Both the position numbers and the translations under genes were made by a program. The notes beneath the pieces are model-generated. The model had not been told where the DNA came from and ran no database searches. It was given only the letters and a program-made list of their open reading frames with translations. This document shows positions 28,235 through 36,883 of a stretch of DNA of 64,000 nucleotides, piece after piece. Origin of the DNA: Oscillospiraceae bacterium (lineage in GTDB: Bacteria; Bacillota; Clostridia; Oscillospirales; CAG-272); NCBI GenBank assembly GCA_015064785.1, contig SVRM01000005.1:362-64361 (forward strand), given 5' to 3'. Each line of letters begins with the position of its first letter. The first letter of the stretch is position 1.

Positions 28235-28825
28235 ATGGCTCAGAGAATCAATCAAGGACAGCACAATCCCAACAACGAATTCGGCAACTATGTAGAATAC
28301 TGCGTGGAAAAGCGCCCGGAAGGTGCTTATCGCCGCAATCGCATCCTGCTGGTGGTTGTATGCGTGCTTGTTGCCCTTTCCATCATTCCCGTTGTTACCT
28401 ATTCGGTCGCCGGCAAGTTGTTCATCACATTCGTCCCCGTCTGGATGGGTCTTTGCGGCATTGCCTACTGGTTTCTGTCACGCTTTGTCAACATCGAATA
28501 CGAATACCGCGTCATCCAGGGCGAGTTCCAGATGGATATCATCTACGGTCAGCGTCAGCGTAAAGAGCTGATGTCCTGCCGCGTCCGTGATATGGAAATC
28601 ATTCACCCGCTGGACGATGCCGGACGCACAGCACTTGCCTCCTGCGATCACGTTGACGACTGCTCCATCTCCCAGAAAAAGCCCACCCCCGATGTTTATT
28701 ACTTCACCTACACCGAAAACGGCAAAAAATACGGCGTCGTGTTTGAAGCCACCAAAAAGACACTCGATATCATGAAGTTCTACAACGCTTCGGTTCTGAC
28801 GCATTCCGATACCCTGCGTCACTGA
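28235..28825 (+). CDS. Hypothetical membrane protein (two predicted TM helices)
   Basis: The ATG at 28235 is preceded by AAAGGAG. Hydrophobic segments are ILLVVVCVLVALSIIPVV and LFITFVPVWMGLCGIAYWFL. I recognise no family. Confidence 0.6.
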   Translation: MAQRINQGQHNPNNEFGNYVEYCVEKRPEGAYRRNRILLVVVCVLVALSIIPVVTYSVAGKLFITFVPVWMGLCGIAYWFLSRFVNIEYEYRVIQGEFQMDIIYGQRQRKELMSCRVRDMEIIHPLDDAGRTALASCDHVDDCSISQKKPTPDVYYFTYTENGKKYGVVFEATKKTLDIMKFYNASVLTHSDTLRH

Positions 28826-28891
28826 TCCGCCTGTCATAATCCGCGAACTGCCGGCATATGCTCCCACAGACAATGCTTTTGGGAGGTACTT

Positions 28892-29425
28892 ATGCGCCGC
28901 AGTCCTCTGACCACTGTTATCCTGATCATCCTGTCATGTATGCTGACAGGATGTTCCCTTTCTCTGCCGCCCCCGTCACCGCAAAAACTGCTCTCCGTCT
29001 TCACGCAATCCTTCACCTGCGGTTTTTCCGTCGACGATGGAAGCGGCGGGTACAGACGTGCATCGCTTGTCCGGAGCGCGTCCGGCGATACCCTGACGGC
29101 ATACGGCGACAGCACCGATACCGTATTTTTCCATAACGGCACCCGCCTGACCCTCAAAACACGCGGCAGTGCCGATCAGCCGCCGCTGATACTCGATCTG
29201 CCCGACGGATACAGCGCGGGACTTCCCGCCTGCCTGCCGCTGTTCTCCATTCTGCCCGACGACAGCTTTTCCGCAGAACGCAGCGACGGCGGCATCACAG
29301 TCACAGGACAAAACGGCAGATACCGTGCTGTATTTTCACCGCAGGGCATACCCTGCCGCATCACACTGGACGGCATCACCGCAGTCATTGATTCCTTTGC
29401 CGTGACCGAGGTCCCCGCACAGTGA
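28892..29425 (+). CDS. Hypothetical lipoprotein
   Basis: 177 aa. Signal peptide plus lipobox (ILSCMLTGCS). RBS GGGAGGTA. Confidence 0.65.
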   Translation: MRRSPLTTVILIILSCMLTGCSLSLPPPSPQKLLSVFTQSFTCGFSVDDGSGGYRRASLVRSASGDTLTAYGDSTDTVFFHNGTRLTLKTRGSADQPPLILDLPDGYSAGLPACLPLFSILPDDSFSAERSDGGITVTGQNGRYRAVFSPQGIPCRITLDGITAVIDSFAVTEVPAQ

Positions 29426-30618
29426 AATATCCTCATTCCAAAGAGATACGGAAGATAGATCAAATCATGGAACTGTTATCAAAACAACGGAAAGCCAAGC
29501 TCGAGGCATGTATCAGTCTGGAGCATCTGGTTCACAACTTCAACGCCGTCCGTGCCGTCACCGACAGCCGCATCTGCTGTGTCATCAAGGCAGACGCCTA
29601 CGGCCACGGCGCATGGCAGTGCGCAAGAACCCTTGCCGCGGCAGGCGCTGACTTTTTTGCCGTCTCCTCGATTGCGGAAGCGGAGGAGGTCCGTCTGGCA
29701 CTCGCCGATTACGGCGATGCAATCGGCATTCTGATTCTCGGACATACCCTGCCCGCCGATGCCGATCTTCTGATCCGCTACAACATCAGTCAGACCGTCT
29801 ACTCTGCCGCCTACGCCGATGCGCTGTGCAGTGCCATCCGCGACTATAAGCTCGACGGCATTCTTCCGCCGGACGCCCGACTGAAGATTCACATCAAAAT
29901 CGACACCGGTATGAACCGCCTCGGCTTTTCCCCGGACGATACCGACGGCATGGCAGCACTCGGATCGGTCCGCGATTTCCGTGTCGAGGGTATCTTCACG
30001 CATTTTGCGCAGGCAGACACACCGTCCTCGCCGATGACCGAGGCACAGTTTGCCGCGTTCTGCGATGCACTGGATGCACTGAAGCGCCGCGGAATCACGC
30101 CGCCGCTCCGCCACGTATGCAACTCTGCCGCCATCACAAATTTCCCGCACATGCATCTGGACATGGTGCGCTTCGGCATTGAGCTGTACGGACTAATGCC
30201 GTCCGCCGATACCGCGCTTCTGCCCATCAAGCCGGTCATGACACTGAAAACCGTGATTTCTCACATCCACACCGTCCCAAAAGGGGAACCCATCGGCTAC
30301 GGCGCGGCATACATCCCTGACCGTACTCTCCGCATTGCCACACTGCCCATCGGATATGCCGACGGCTTCATCCGAGCCTATGCCGAAGGCGGCTGTGCTG
30401 TGATCCGCGGTCAAGACGCACCGATCTGCGGACGCATCTGCATGGATCAATGCATGGTCGATGTCACCGACATTCCCGCCGCCCGCATCGGTGATGAGGT
30501 GATTCTGTTCGGCGAAGGCGCACCCTCCGCCGATGAAATTGCCGCACGCGCAGGCACCATCGGCTATGAAGTGCTGTGCCTGATCGGCAAGCGGGTTCCG
30601 CGCGTCTATACAAAATAA
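29422..30618 (+). CDS. alr: Alanine racemase
   Basis: PLP-lysine motif (VIKADAYGHGA) and a typical C-terminal beta domain. A GTG start at 29422 overlaps the upstream stop. The ATG at 29467 is an alternative start. Confidence 0.92.
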   Translation: MKYPHSKEIRKIDQIMELLSKQRKAKLEACISLEHLVHNFNAVRAVTDSRICCVIKADAYGHGAWQCARTLAAAGADFFAVSSIAEAEEVRLALADYGDAIGILILGHTLPADADLLIRYNISQTVYSAAYADALCSAIRDYKLDGILPPDARLKIHIKIDTGMNRLGFSPDDTDGMAALGSVRDFRVEGIFTHFAQADTPSSPMTEAQFAAFCDALDALKRRGITPPLRHVCNSAAITNFPHMHLDMVRFGIELYGLMPSADTALLPIKPVMTLKTVISHIHTVPKGEPIGYGAAYIPDRTLRIATLPIGYADGFIRAYAEGGCAVIRGQDAPICGRICMDQCMVDVTDIPAARIGDEVILFGEGAPSADEIAARAGTIGYEVLCLIGKRVPRVYTK

Positions 30619-30626
30619 TACAGAAA

Positions 30627-30670
30627 ACGCGCCGCATCGGAACAGCTCCGTGCGGCGCGTTGGATTTTTT
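30627..30670 (+). terminator. Intrinsic terminator after alr (convergent with the PmoA-family gene)
   Basis: A 10-bp stem (ACGCGCCGCA/TGCGGCGCGT) is followed by GGATTTTTT. Confidence 0.65.
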
Positions 30671-31808
30671 ATTCAGCGGCAATCTCTGCCGGTGCGGCAT
30701 AATCGATATACATTTCGCGGATACCGGCACTTTCCGTATCACCCTCATGAATGACAATGCGGTACTTGAAGTTCAGCGCGTTTCCCGCCTCGATGATCTC
30801 CTCACCGCCGAGATAATAGCGGTTGGGCGCAAACAGACCGTAATTGCGGGAATGCCAGTAGGTCGGATACCGTTCGTTGTCTTCATTGTCAAAGACAGCG
30901 ATGCCCGCGACATGACCGCCGTCGGTCGTGCCGTAGTAATCGTTCCATGCGGAGCGCTTCATCCAGATCTCGCCCTCACCGACAGCCCCCCAGGAATTGG
31001 TCAGCGTACCGGTTCTGTCCGCACGCAGCGTTTCATCCATACGGACCGCAATCGGGCCTGCCTCCTTGGTCGCACCGAGCGTCACACGGCCGTATGCTGC
31101 AATGAGCGTCAGATCGACATCCAGCACCGTCACACCGTCCTCCGGCTGAGACATCGTCACCGTCGTCACGTCATTGCACAGCGGATTGCCGTTTTCATCC
31201 GTCCACATATTTTCTGCGGTAAAGGCACAATATACAGGACCGGACACCGTTTCGGTGATCTTCTGCGTTTTGATATAACCGTAATGCGGATTTTCGTTCC
31301 AGGTATCGACCTCATCAGAAACAAAACCGGTTTCTGCGTTCTCGACCTTGACACTGCCGTGCGAGAACCAGATGGAGCGGTGATGCGGATGCTCCTTTGC
31401 CTCAAAGTCATAGCGGGTGATGTTTTCCCCATACTTGTTGACAATCGGACCGATGTGCGGCTTGGCAAAACCGATGTTGTAGCGGTACGCCGTGTACTCC
31501 GCACCGTCAGCCATCAGTGCAACCCGTCCGTCCCCGGCAAGATCCACTGCGGCAAAGCGGTCAACGCCATCTGCATTGACCAGCGTCAGCGTGGCTTCTT
31601 CCCCTTTGGCAAGGAAATCCAGTACAAAGGACAGAACATAGCGCTCCCCAGCCTTCTTCAACTGTGCCGGGAGCGTCTTTCCGCCGTCATATCGGAGTGC
31701 AACCGCAGCAGCGGTATCAATGCCCGCCAGCTGTTCCTGCGTCAGTGATGCATGAAGCAGTGCGTTTTTTCTGGTATGCGCGCCTGCATATACTGTAAGT
31801 TTCATCAT
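30669..31808 (-). CDS. PmoA-family (DUF6807-like) protein
   Basis: Internal ATG (31808) with RBS AAAGGAA. The sequence contains EHPHHRSIWFSHG and other stretches that I recall as typical of the so-called methane oxygenase PmoA family found in heterotrophs. The upstream part of the track ORF runs into the divergent promoter region. Confidence 0.75.
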   Translation of the reverse strand: MMKLTVYAGAHTRKNALLHASLTQEQLAGIDTAAAVALRYDGGKTLPAQLKKAGERYVLSFVLDFLAKGEEATLTLVNADGVDRFAAVDLAGDGRVALMADGAEYTAYRYNIGFAKPHIGPIVNKYGENITRYDFEAKEHPHHRSIWFSHGSVKVENAETGFVSDEVDTWNENPHYGYIKTQKITETVSGPVYCAFTAENMWTDENGNPLCNDVTTVTMSQPEDGVTVLDVDLTLIAAYGRVTLGATKEAGPIAVRMDETLRADRTGTLTNSWGAVGEGEIWMKRSAWNDYYGTTDGGHVAGIAVFDNEDNERYPTYWHSRNYGLFAPNRYYLGGEEIIEAGNALNFKYRIVIHEGDTESAGIREMYIDYAAPAEIAAE

Positions 31809-31950
31809 CGGATATGGTTCCTTTCGTGAAATGGTTTTCTTCATTATATCACATTCCGCAAAAAAATCAAGAGGTTCAGAAAAAAACGGTTGACAAATTC
31901 CCATATTGTGATATAATGAACGTAACCAATATGAAAGGACGGTATCCACA

Positions 31951-32556
31951 ATGAAGCGCATTTTCACACTCCTGCTTTCCCTTTGTATGCTCTTATCCCT
32001 GTTCACACTTGTCTCCTGTGAGAAACCCAAAGAAGTCGATCCGGAATTGACACTCGCAAATTTTGTCGGTCAGGTCATCGATGTTCCCGCAGGTGATCCG
32101 CTGGTGATTACCGGCGAAACCTATGACCAGCCGCTGCTCATCAATGCGGTCGAAGGAAGCACAGTTCAATTCTCCGGCTGTACGTTCGGACAGAAAATCT
32201 ATTTCAACGGTACCAGCGGAAGCGCCGCGATTTTCAATGCAGACAACACGATCGCAGAAAACGTCAGCATCACAATGTTCAATGAAATCAAAGAGGCAAC
32301 CATCGATACAACCCTGCCGCGCGTCATTCTGCTGATGCCGATTCCGTGTGTTGCGGAGTATCAGGGTACCGTCATCGCATCGGGTATCTCCGAGCTGAAC
32401 GTTGATGGCGTCACCTACAAGATGGAAACCTGTGAACATAGCTTCGACGCGGAAGGCAATCTCATCCCATTCGATCCGAATGCCAGTTATGGTATCTTCG
32501 CTGTCGCTACATGGTGGGAAAATGGCGAAAAAGTCATCCTGAGCTTTGCCGAGTAA
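31951..32556 (+). CDS. Hypothetical lipoprotein
   Basis: 201 aa. Signal peptide plus lipobox (LFTLVSCEK). RBS GAAAGGACGG. Confidence 0.65.
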   Translation: MKRIFTLLLSLCMLLSLFTLVSCEKPKEVDPELTLANFVGQVIDVPAGDPLVITGETYDQPLLINAVEGSTVQFSGCTFGQKIYFNGTSGSAAIFNADNTIAENVSITMFNEIKEATIDTTLPRVILLMPIPCVAEYQGTVIASGISELNVDGVTYKMETCEHSFDAEGNLIPFDPNASYGIFAVATWWENGEKVILSFAE

Positions 32557-32575
32557 GAATCATCCAACAGATACC

Positions 32576-32626
32576 AAAAAGGAACTGCCGCAAGTATTCG
32601 TGGGAATACACGGCAGTTCCTTTTCT
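32576..32626. terminator. Bidirectional intrinsic terminator between convergent genes
   Basis: A 12-bp stem (AAGGAACTGCCG/CGGCAGTTCCTT) is flanked by an A run upstream and a T run downstream. Confidence 0.7.
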
Positions 32627-32641
32627 GATGCGATTTACATT

Positions 32642-33226
32642 TTAACCAAACAGAAATCCAACCGAAACGGTAAAAAACAAGACAAACGCCGGGATTGTAC
32701 TGCCGCCGAACAGCTGCGGCATCGTGTGCTGACCGGTTCTGATGCTCGACATAAAGACGGGAAGAACCAATAAAGCACCGATGATGGCAGGGATATACAG
32801 TCCGAAATACCACAGCAGGATCACCGGACCGACACTTCCGCAGGCATGACCGCTTGCTTTGATTTTCAAGACTTTATTGACAACAATCATACCGACCCCG
32901 CACAGCAGATACTGCATATACAAAAGCTTCAGCTCCGCCGGTGCCGAAAGCGCAAACGCCGCCGTCGTACCAAGCAGATAACCGACAAAGGAAAACAGCA
33001 TTGCAAGACTGCGCTGTCCTTCACGTCCTCTGCTCCTGTATTTGGGAATCCGTTTTTGCAGCGGATATGCAAGCGTCGGCAAAACGGTCAAAAAGAACAG
33101 TGCGATCATCAGATTTCCGATGCCGCCGATATAATCCGGGTGTGTTACATAAACAATCATCAGCAGTGCCGCCGCAAAGACAGGCGGTACTGTGATTCTG
33201 CGAATCATTTTACATACGTTTTCCAT
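32642..33226 (-). CDS. Hypothetical polytopic membrane protein (weak PAP2-like SGH...R...H pattern)
   Basis: 194 aa with about 5 TM helices. The KASGHACG and SSIRTGQH motifs only loosely resemble PAP2 phosphatase motifs, so the functional call is weak. Confidence 0.55.
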   Translation of the reverse strand: MENVCKMIRRITVPPVFAAALLMIVYVTHPDYIGGIGNLMIALFFLTVLPTLAYPLQKRIPKYRSRGREGQRSLAMLFSFVGYLLGTTAAFALSAPAELKLLYMQYLLCGVGMIVVNKVLKIKASGHACGSVGPVILLWYFGLYIPAIIGALLVLPVFMSSIRTGQHTMPQLFGGSTIPAFVLFFTVSVGFLFG

Positions 33227-33409
33227 AAAACCGTGAACCCTCTTTCTTTTGGTTTTGGCAGATGTCGGGCAATATACAGCGCGATGTTCTTGTGTTGCAC
33301 ATCGTTTCCTGAAGTTTCATTCATTGCTTCATCTGGTTTTCAATACTATTATACATCAATTCGCATTGTTTGTCAATGGTTTTGATTATTTTTTCGATGA
33401 TTTTTCAGC

Positions 33410-33450
33410 AAAAAAACAGCACTGCCGGGAGGATTCCCAACAATGCTGTT
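33410..33450 (-). terminator. Candidate intrinsic terminator after the 94-aa ORF
   Basis: On the minus strand an imperfect hairpin (ACAGCA...TGCTGT enclosing GGGA/TCCC) is followed by a run of seven T. Confidence 0.5.
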
Positions 33451-33481
33451 CTTATTCATATCAATTTGTTAAAAACGTCGT

Positions 33482-33766
33482 TTACTCGCCGAGTTCCTTC
33501 TTCAGCCAGACCGTTCCGATATCGAGCGCTGCGAACAGACCGTTCTTCTGCCCCTGCTTGAGGCAGGTACGCGATTCGTCGGTGGAAAGCACCTGGACCA
33601 GAATGTTATCCGGTACCTGACGTCCGTTGACTTCTTTATTGGACAGAACGAACAGGGACAAAACCGCACGTTCATTCATATCGCCCCATACATATGCATT
33701 ATCCTGACGAACGAGAGGCTTTCCCTGATACATCAGATACGTTCCGCTGACAGTTCCCTTTGCCAT
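33482..33766 (-). CDS. Hypothetical small protein downstream of murA
   Basis: 94 aa with RBS GAAGGAAA. It is co-oriented with murA and only 88 nt from it. No family recognised. Confidence 0.6.
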   Translation of the reverse strand: MAKGTVSGTYLMYQGKPLVRQDNAYVWGDMNERAVLSLFVLSNKEVNGRQVPDNILVQVLSTDESRTCLKQGQKNGLFAALDIGTVWLKKELGE

Positions 33767-33854
33767 ACTATTTCCTTCTTTCTATCATTCATCTTATATT
33801 CATCATCTTCTGCCATCCTGTCATCCACGCGGCTCCCCGCCGTATGACATGCTG

Positions 33855-35144
33855 TCAGTTTGCTTTTTCGTACAGATACGGGTCGGGAATATTGATCTTG
33901 CGGATATCCGCACCGACACCGCGCAGCTTGCCGACGATATCGTCATAACCGCGTTCAATGTGCTGGATTTCTTCAATTTCCGTTCTGCCGGACGTTGCCA
34001 GCGCCGCAATGACCATCGCGGCACCCGCACGGAGATCCACCGCACGGACCGGTGCCGGCGTCAATGCCTCAACACCTTCGACAATGGCAGTCTTTCCATC
34101 CACCTTGATCTTTGCGCCCATCCGCTTCAATTCTTCCACATAGCGGAACCGTCCGTCCCACACGCCCTCATACAGCGTGGAAACACCGTGCGCCAGACAC
34201 AGCAGTACACACATCTGCGGCTGTGCGTCGGTCGGGAAGCCGGGATACGGAAGCGTTCTGATGTTGACACGGTGCAGCACCTCTGCGGGTGATACAATGA
34301 CTGCTTCATCCAGCTCCTCCACCCGGATGCCCATTTCCTCCATCTTCGCGGAAATGGATTCCAGATGCTTTGGAATGACGTTATTGATGCGAAGCGTACC
34401 GTGTGTTGCGGCAGCAGCAATCATAAAGGTCGCAGCCTCGATCATATCGGGAATGATTGCGTAAGTACAGCCGTGCAGACGCTCCACACCCTTGACTTTG
34501 ATGACATCGGTACCGGCGCCGGAAATCTTTGCGCCGCACGCATTGAGGAAGTTTGCCAAATCGACGACGTGCGGTTCTCTTGCCGCATTTTCAATGATGG
34601 TGGTACCCTTTGCTCTGGCTGCGGCAATGATGACATTGATTGTCGCACCGACGGTATTGTTGTCAAAGTAAATCTGACCGCCGCGGACACCGTTTTCGGT
34701 TCTGCATTCAATGCAGCCGTTGTCGACGGTGACTTCGGCACCGAGCGCTTCAAATCCCTTGATGTGCTGGTCAATCGGACGGACGCCGAAATCGCAGCCG
34801 CCGGGGAAGCCTGCCGATGCACGGCCGAAACGGCCAAGCTCTGCACCGAGTACATAGTAGGACGCGCGCATTTTCCGCACCAGATCATAGGGAGCTGAGC
34901 CGCCCATGATTGCGGTTGTATCAATTTCCACCGTCGTCGGATTGAGGCGGCGGACGGATGCGCCCATTGCGCGAAGAATATCAAGAGATATGGTCACGTC
35001 GCTGATATTCGGCAGGTTTTCCAGCACACACCGATCCTCAATCAGAATCGAGGACAGGATGACCGCGACCGCGGCATTTTTCATACCGCTGATCTCAACG
35101 GCACCCATGAGCGGTTTGCCGCCGTTTATAACGATTTTTTCCAT
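33855..35144 (-). CDS. murA: UDP-N-acetylglucosamine 1-carboxyvinyltransferase
   Basis: 429 aa, canonical MurA (MEKIVINGGKPLMGAVEISGMKNAAVAVILSSIL...). RBS GAAGGTG. Confidence 0.96.
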   Translation of the reverse strand: MEKIVINGGKPLMGAVEISGMKNAAVAVILSSILIEDRCVLENLPNISDVTISLDILRAMGASVRRLNPTTVEIDTTAIMGGSAPYDLVRKMRASYYVLGAELGRFGRASAGFPGGCDFGVRPIDQHIKGFEALGAEVTVDNGCIECRTENGVRGGQIYFDNNTVGATINVIIAAARAKGTTIIENAAREPHVVDLANFLNACGAKISGAGTDVIKVKGVERLHGCTYAIIPDMIEAATFMIAAAATHGTLRINNVIPKHLESISAKMEEMGIRVEELDEAVIVSPAEVLHRVNIRTLPYPGFPTDAQPQMCVLLCLAHGVSTLYEGVWDGRFRYVEELKRMGAKIKVDGKTAIVEGVEALTPAPVRAVDLRAGAAMVIAALATSGRTEIEEIQHIERGYDDIVGKLRGVGADIRKINIPDPYLYEKAN

Positions 35145-35530
35145 GAAAGCACCTTCTGTAAAATCACGTATTTGCGGATGATTGCTTCAAAGCGTGAAAA
35201 ATACTGTTTCACGCGGGTTTTGTGGCTTTCGTTGTTTTCGGGCAACGGTTTTCCTGTGAAAAATCAGCCCAAATTCCCGAATTTCGGAACGAAATTCCAG
35301 AAAGGTAGGTTTTCGTAAACGAAAGCCATGTTGATTTCTATGTAGGGATGGGACAACTGCCCGCACATCCGTACACAAAACAATTGTATTTTGTCCAGGT
35401 TTTTCCGGAGATCAAACAAATTCAGTCAGGACGGCACTGCGGAAACCGGACAGAAGCCCGATCCCGGCATATCCTTGACGGAAAAATTCCGCTTTTCACA
35501 TCACAGAGTGCCGTACAGTATAGTATACCA
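35145..35530 (-). promoter_or_regulatory. Long structured leader upstream of murA with a candidate extended -10 promoter
   Basis: On the minus strand TTCACG, a 17-nt spacer, then TGGTATACT (-10 at 35527-35522). Downstream are two multi-hairpin domains closed by perfect stems (ACGGCACT/AGTGCCGT, and TGGCTTTCGTT/AACGAAAGCCA) and a GCGTGAAA/TTTCACGC hairpin near the RBS. No credible ORF. Confidence 0.35.
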
Positions 35531-35620
35531 TTCTTTTCCGTATCCGTGAAGAGCAATCGATAAATATTAACTTTTCGTTCATGATAAATTTACATTTCGA
35601 GGCGTTCTGACATCGGAAAT

Positions 35621-36667
35621 TCATCCCGGCAGAACCGTTTCCTGCTGCCGGACCACATTGCCCGTCAGACCGTCACAGAGTACCTCCCGCAGAATCGGTG
35701 TATGATCCTCCTGCTCCAGACGGTATCCGAGCAGCCACGACGGTCGGAGATACAGCGTTCCCGCGTCGTCCCACAGCATGTAGTACAAGCGCCGCATGGA
35801 AACCAGCTCACATCCGGCATCCGTATGCTGAAGTGCGTGGTCAAGACCGTCTGTTTCGCCTTCCATATCCAGCTGCTGATGGCGTTTCCGCTCCGAGAAC
35901 AGAATATTCAGCTGGTCCAGCTTTTTGATGCTGTACGTCTCATCCGGCAGAAACGGAACCCAGGTTCCCGCCAGCATCTGTACCGTACCGTTTGCAATCA
36001 GGACAAGCACTTCCGTATCGTAGATATCCGCGGCACTCCTGCCGGAACTGCGGTAGACGATTTCTTCCCGGAATACCGCCAGCCGCAGAGGCGCTTCTCC
36101 CGTGACGGCATAAACCTGCTCCAGCCGCGGCCGCAGACGCGCACCGGACGATTCTCCCGGTGTCAGCGCAGAAAGAAATTCCTCTGCCGCTGCTGCATCC
36201 TGCTCCGTTTCTGCCGTGTCCAGAGGCACAAACATCGGATTGTCACCGGAATATGCGGAAATCAATGCGGAAAGCCGTTCCTTATCCGCGCCGTCCCGCG
36301 TGTACATCAGATACAGATTATGATAGTATTCCACGCTGTCTCCGTTTTCAAACAGCAGGGATACACCGGAGGATGCCGGCAGCAGATACGCACTTGTCAC
36401 AGGCGAACCGATCAGCGCCGCAAAGACAGCACGATAGCCGCCGTCGGAAACCGGCACCCGGAAAACATGATCGCCGACAACTGCGGTTGGCACAACATCG
36501 GGATTCAGCGTGACATTTGCATCTGCAAGCAGCTGTGCCGCATCTTCAATCGCCGACCGGCTGATCATGTTCTCGCCGCGGTAATTGCGCCACAGCAGCA
36601 ATCCCAGCAGAAGATCTGCCAGACACAGACAAATGATCAGCAGCCATCGAACCCGGCTCCAGTTCAT
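35621..36667 (-). CDS. yycI: YycI-like regulatory protein of the WalRK system
   Basis: 348 aa. The N-terminus (MNWSRVRWLLIICLCLADLLLGLLLW) follows the YycI pattern (M.W.R. followed by a single TM helix), then an extracytoplasmic domain. It is last in the walR-walK-yycH-yycI order. RBS GGAAGGAGG. Confidence 0.6.
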   Translation of the reverse strand: MNWSRVRWLLIICLCLADLLLGLLLWRNYRGENMISRSAIEDAAQLLADANVTLNPDVVPTAVVGDHVFRVPVSDGGYRAVFAALIGSPVTSAYLLPASSGVSLLFENGDSVEYYHNLYLMYTRDGADKERLSALISAYSGDNPMFVPLDTAETEQDAAAAEEFLSALTPGESSGARLRPRLEQVYAVTGEAPLRLAVFREEIVYRSSGRSAADIYDTEVLVLIANGTVQMLAGTWVPFLPDETYSIKKLDQLNILFSERKRHQQLDMEGETDGLDHALQHTDAGCELVSMRRLYYMLWDDAGTLYLRPSWLLGYRLEQEDHTPILREVLCDGLTGNVVRQQETVLPG

Positions 36668-36703
36668 ATACCGACAACGCCTCCTTCCTGATTTTCTTTA
36701 TTT

Positions 36704-36875
36704 AATCGATTGCAAAATTGCATTTTGCAATCGGTTTCATCGGGCTGACGCAGCCCGATGGCTCCCTTTGGTCGCTTTGAAGGTGTCTTTTTGGGCGGGA
36801 AACCCGCCCAAGCGACGCAATTTGTTTATATATCGCCCTTTGGGCGATGAAGGTAGGCAATTTTGCAATTGCCTA
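36704..36875 (-). mobile_element. MITE-like hairpin-module repeat, copy B (about 172 nt), inverted relative to copy A
   Basis: It has the same 113-nt and roughly 35-nt terminal blocks as 2640-2861. It is flanked by a perfect 14-nt direct repeat, GATTTTCTTTATTT (36690-36703 and 36876-36889). The central module is replaced by a single hairpin (CATCGGGCTG-CGT-CAGCCCGATG). Confidence 0.7.
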
Positions 36876-36883
36876 GATTTTCT

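Noticed and set aside
35223-35512. Attempt to assign the murA leader domains to a known riboswitch class (c-di-GMP I/II, c-di-AMP ydaO, glmS, ZTP, ykkC, fluoride).
   Set aside because: None of the conserved core sequences I remember for these classes is present. Without a covariance-model search, no class can be claimed.
35187-35563. Small ORFs (63 aa on the minus strand, 71 aa on the plus strand) within the murA upstream region.
   Set aside because: They have no RBS and implausible composition, and they are cut across by the strong hairpins. I treated the region as non-coding RNA or regulatory DNA instead.
2640-36875. Possibility that the two inverted element copies delimit an invertible 34-kb segment.
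   Set aside because: Nothing in the sequence supports this. No recombinase is present, each copy has its own intact target duplication, and gene orientation inside (polC to rpsB) is colinear with flanking minus-strand genes. Homologous inversion remains formally possible but is unsupported.
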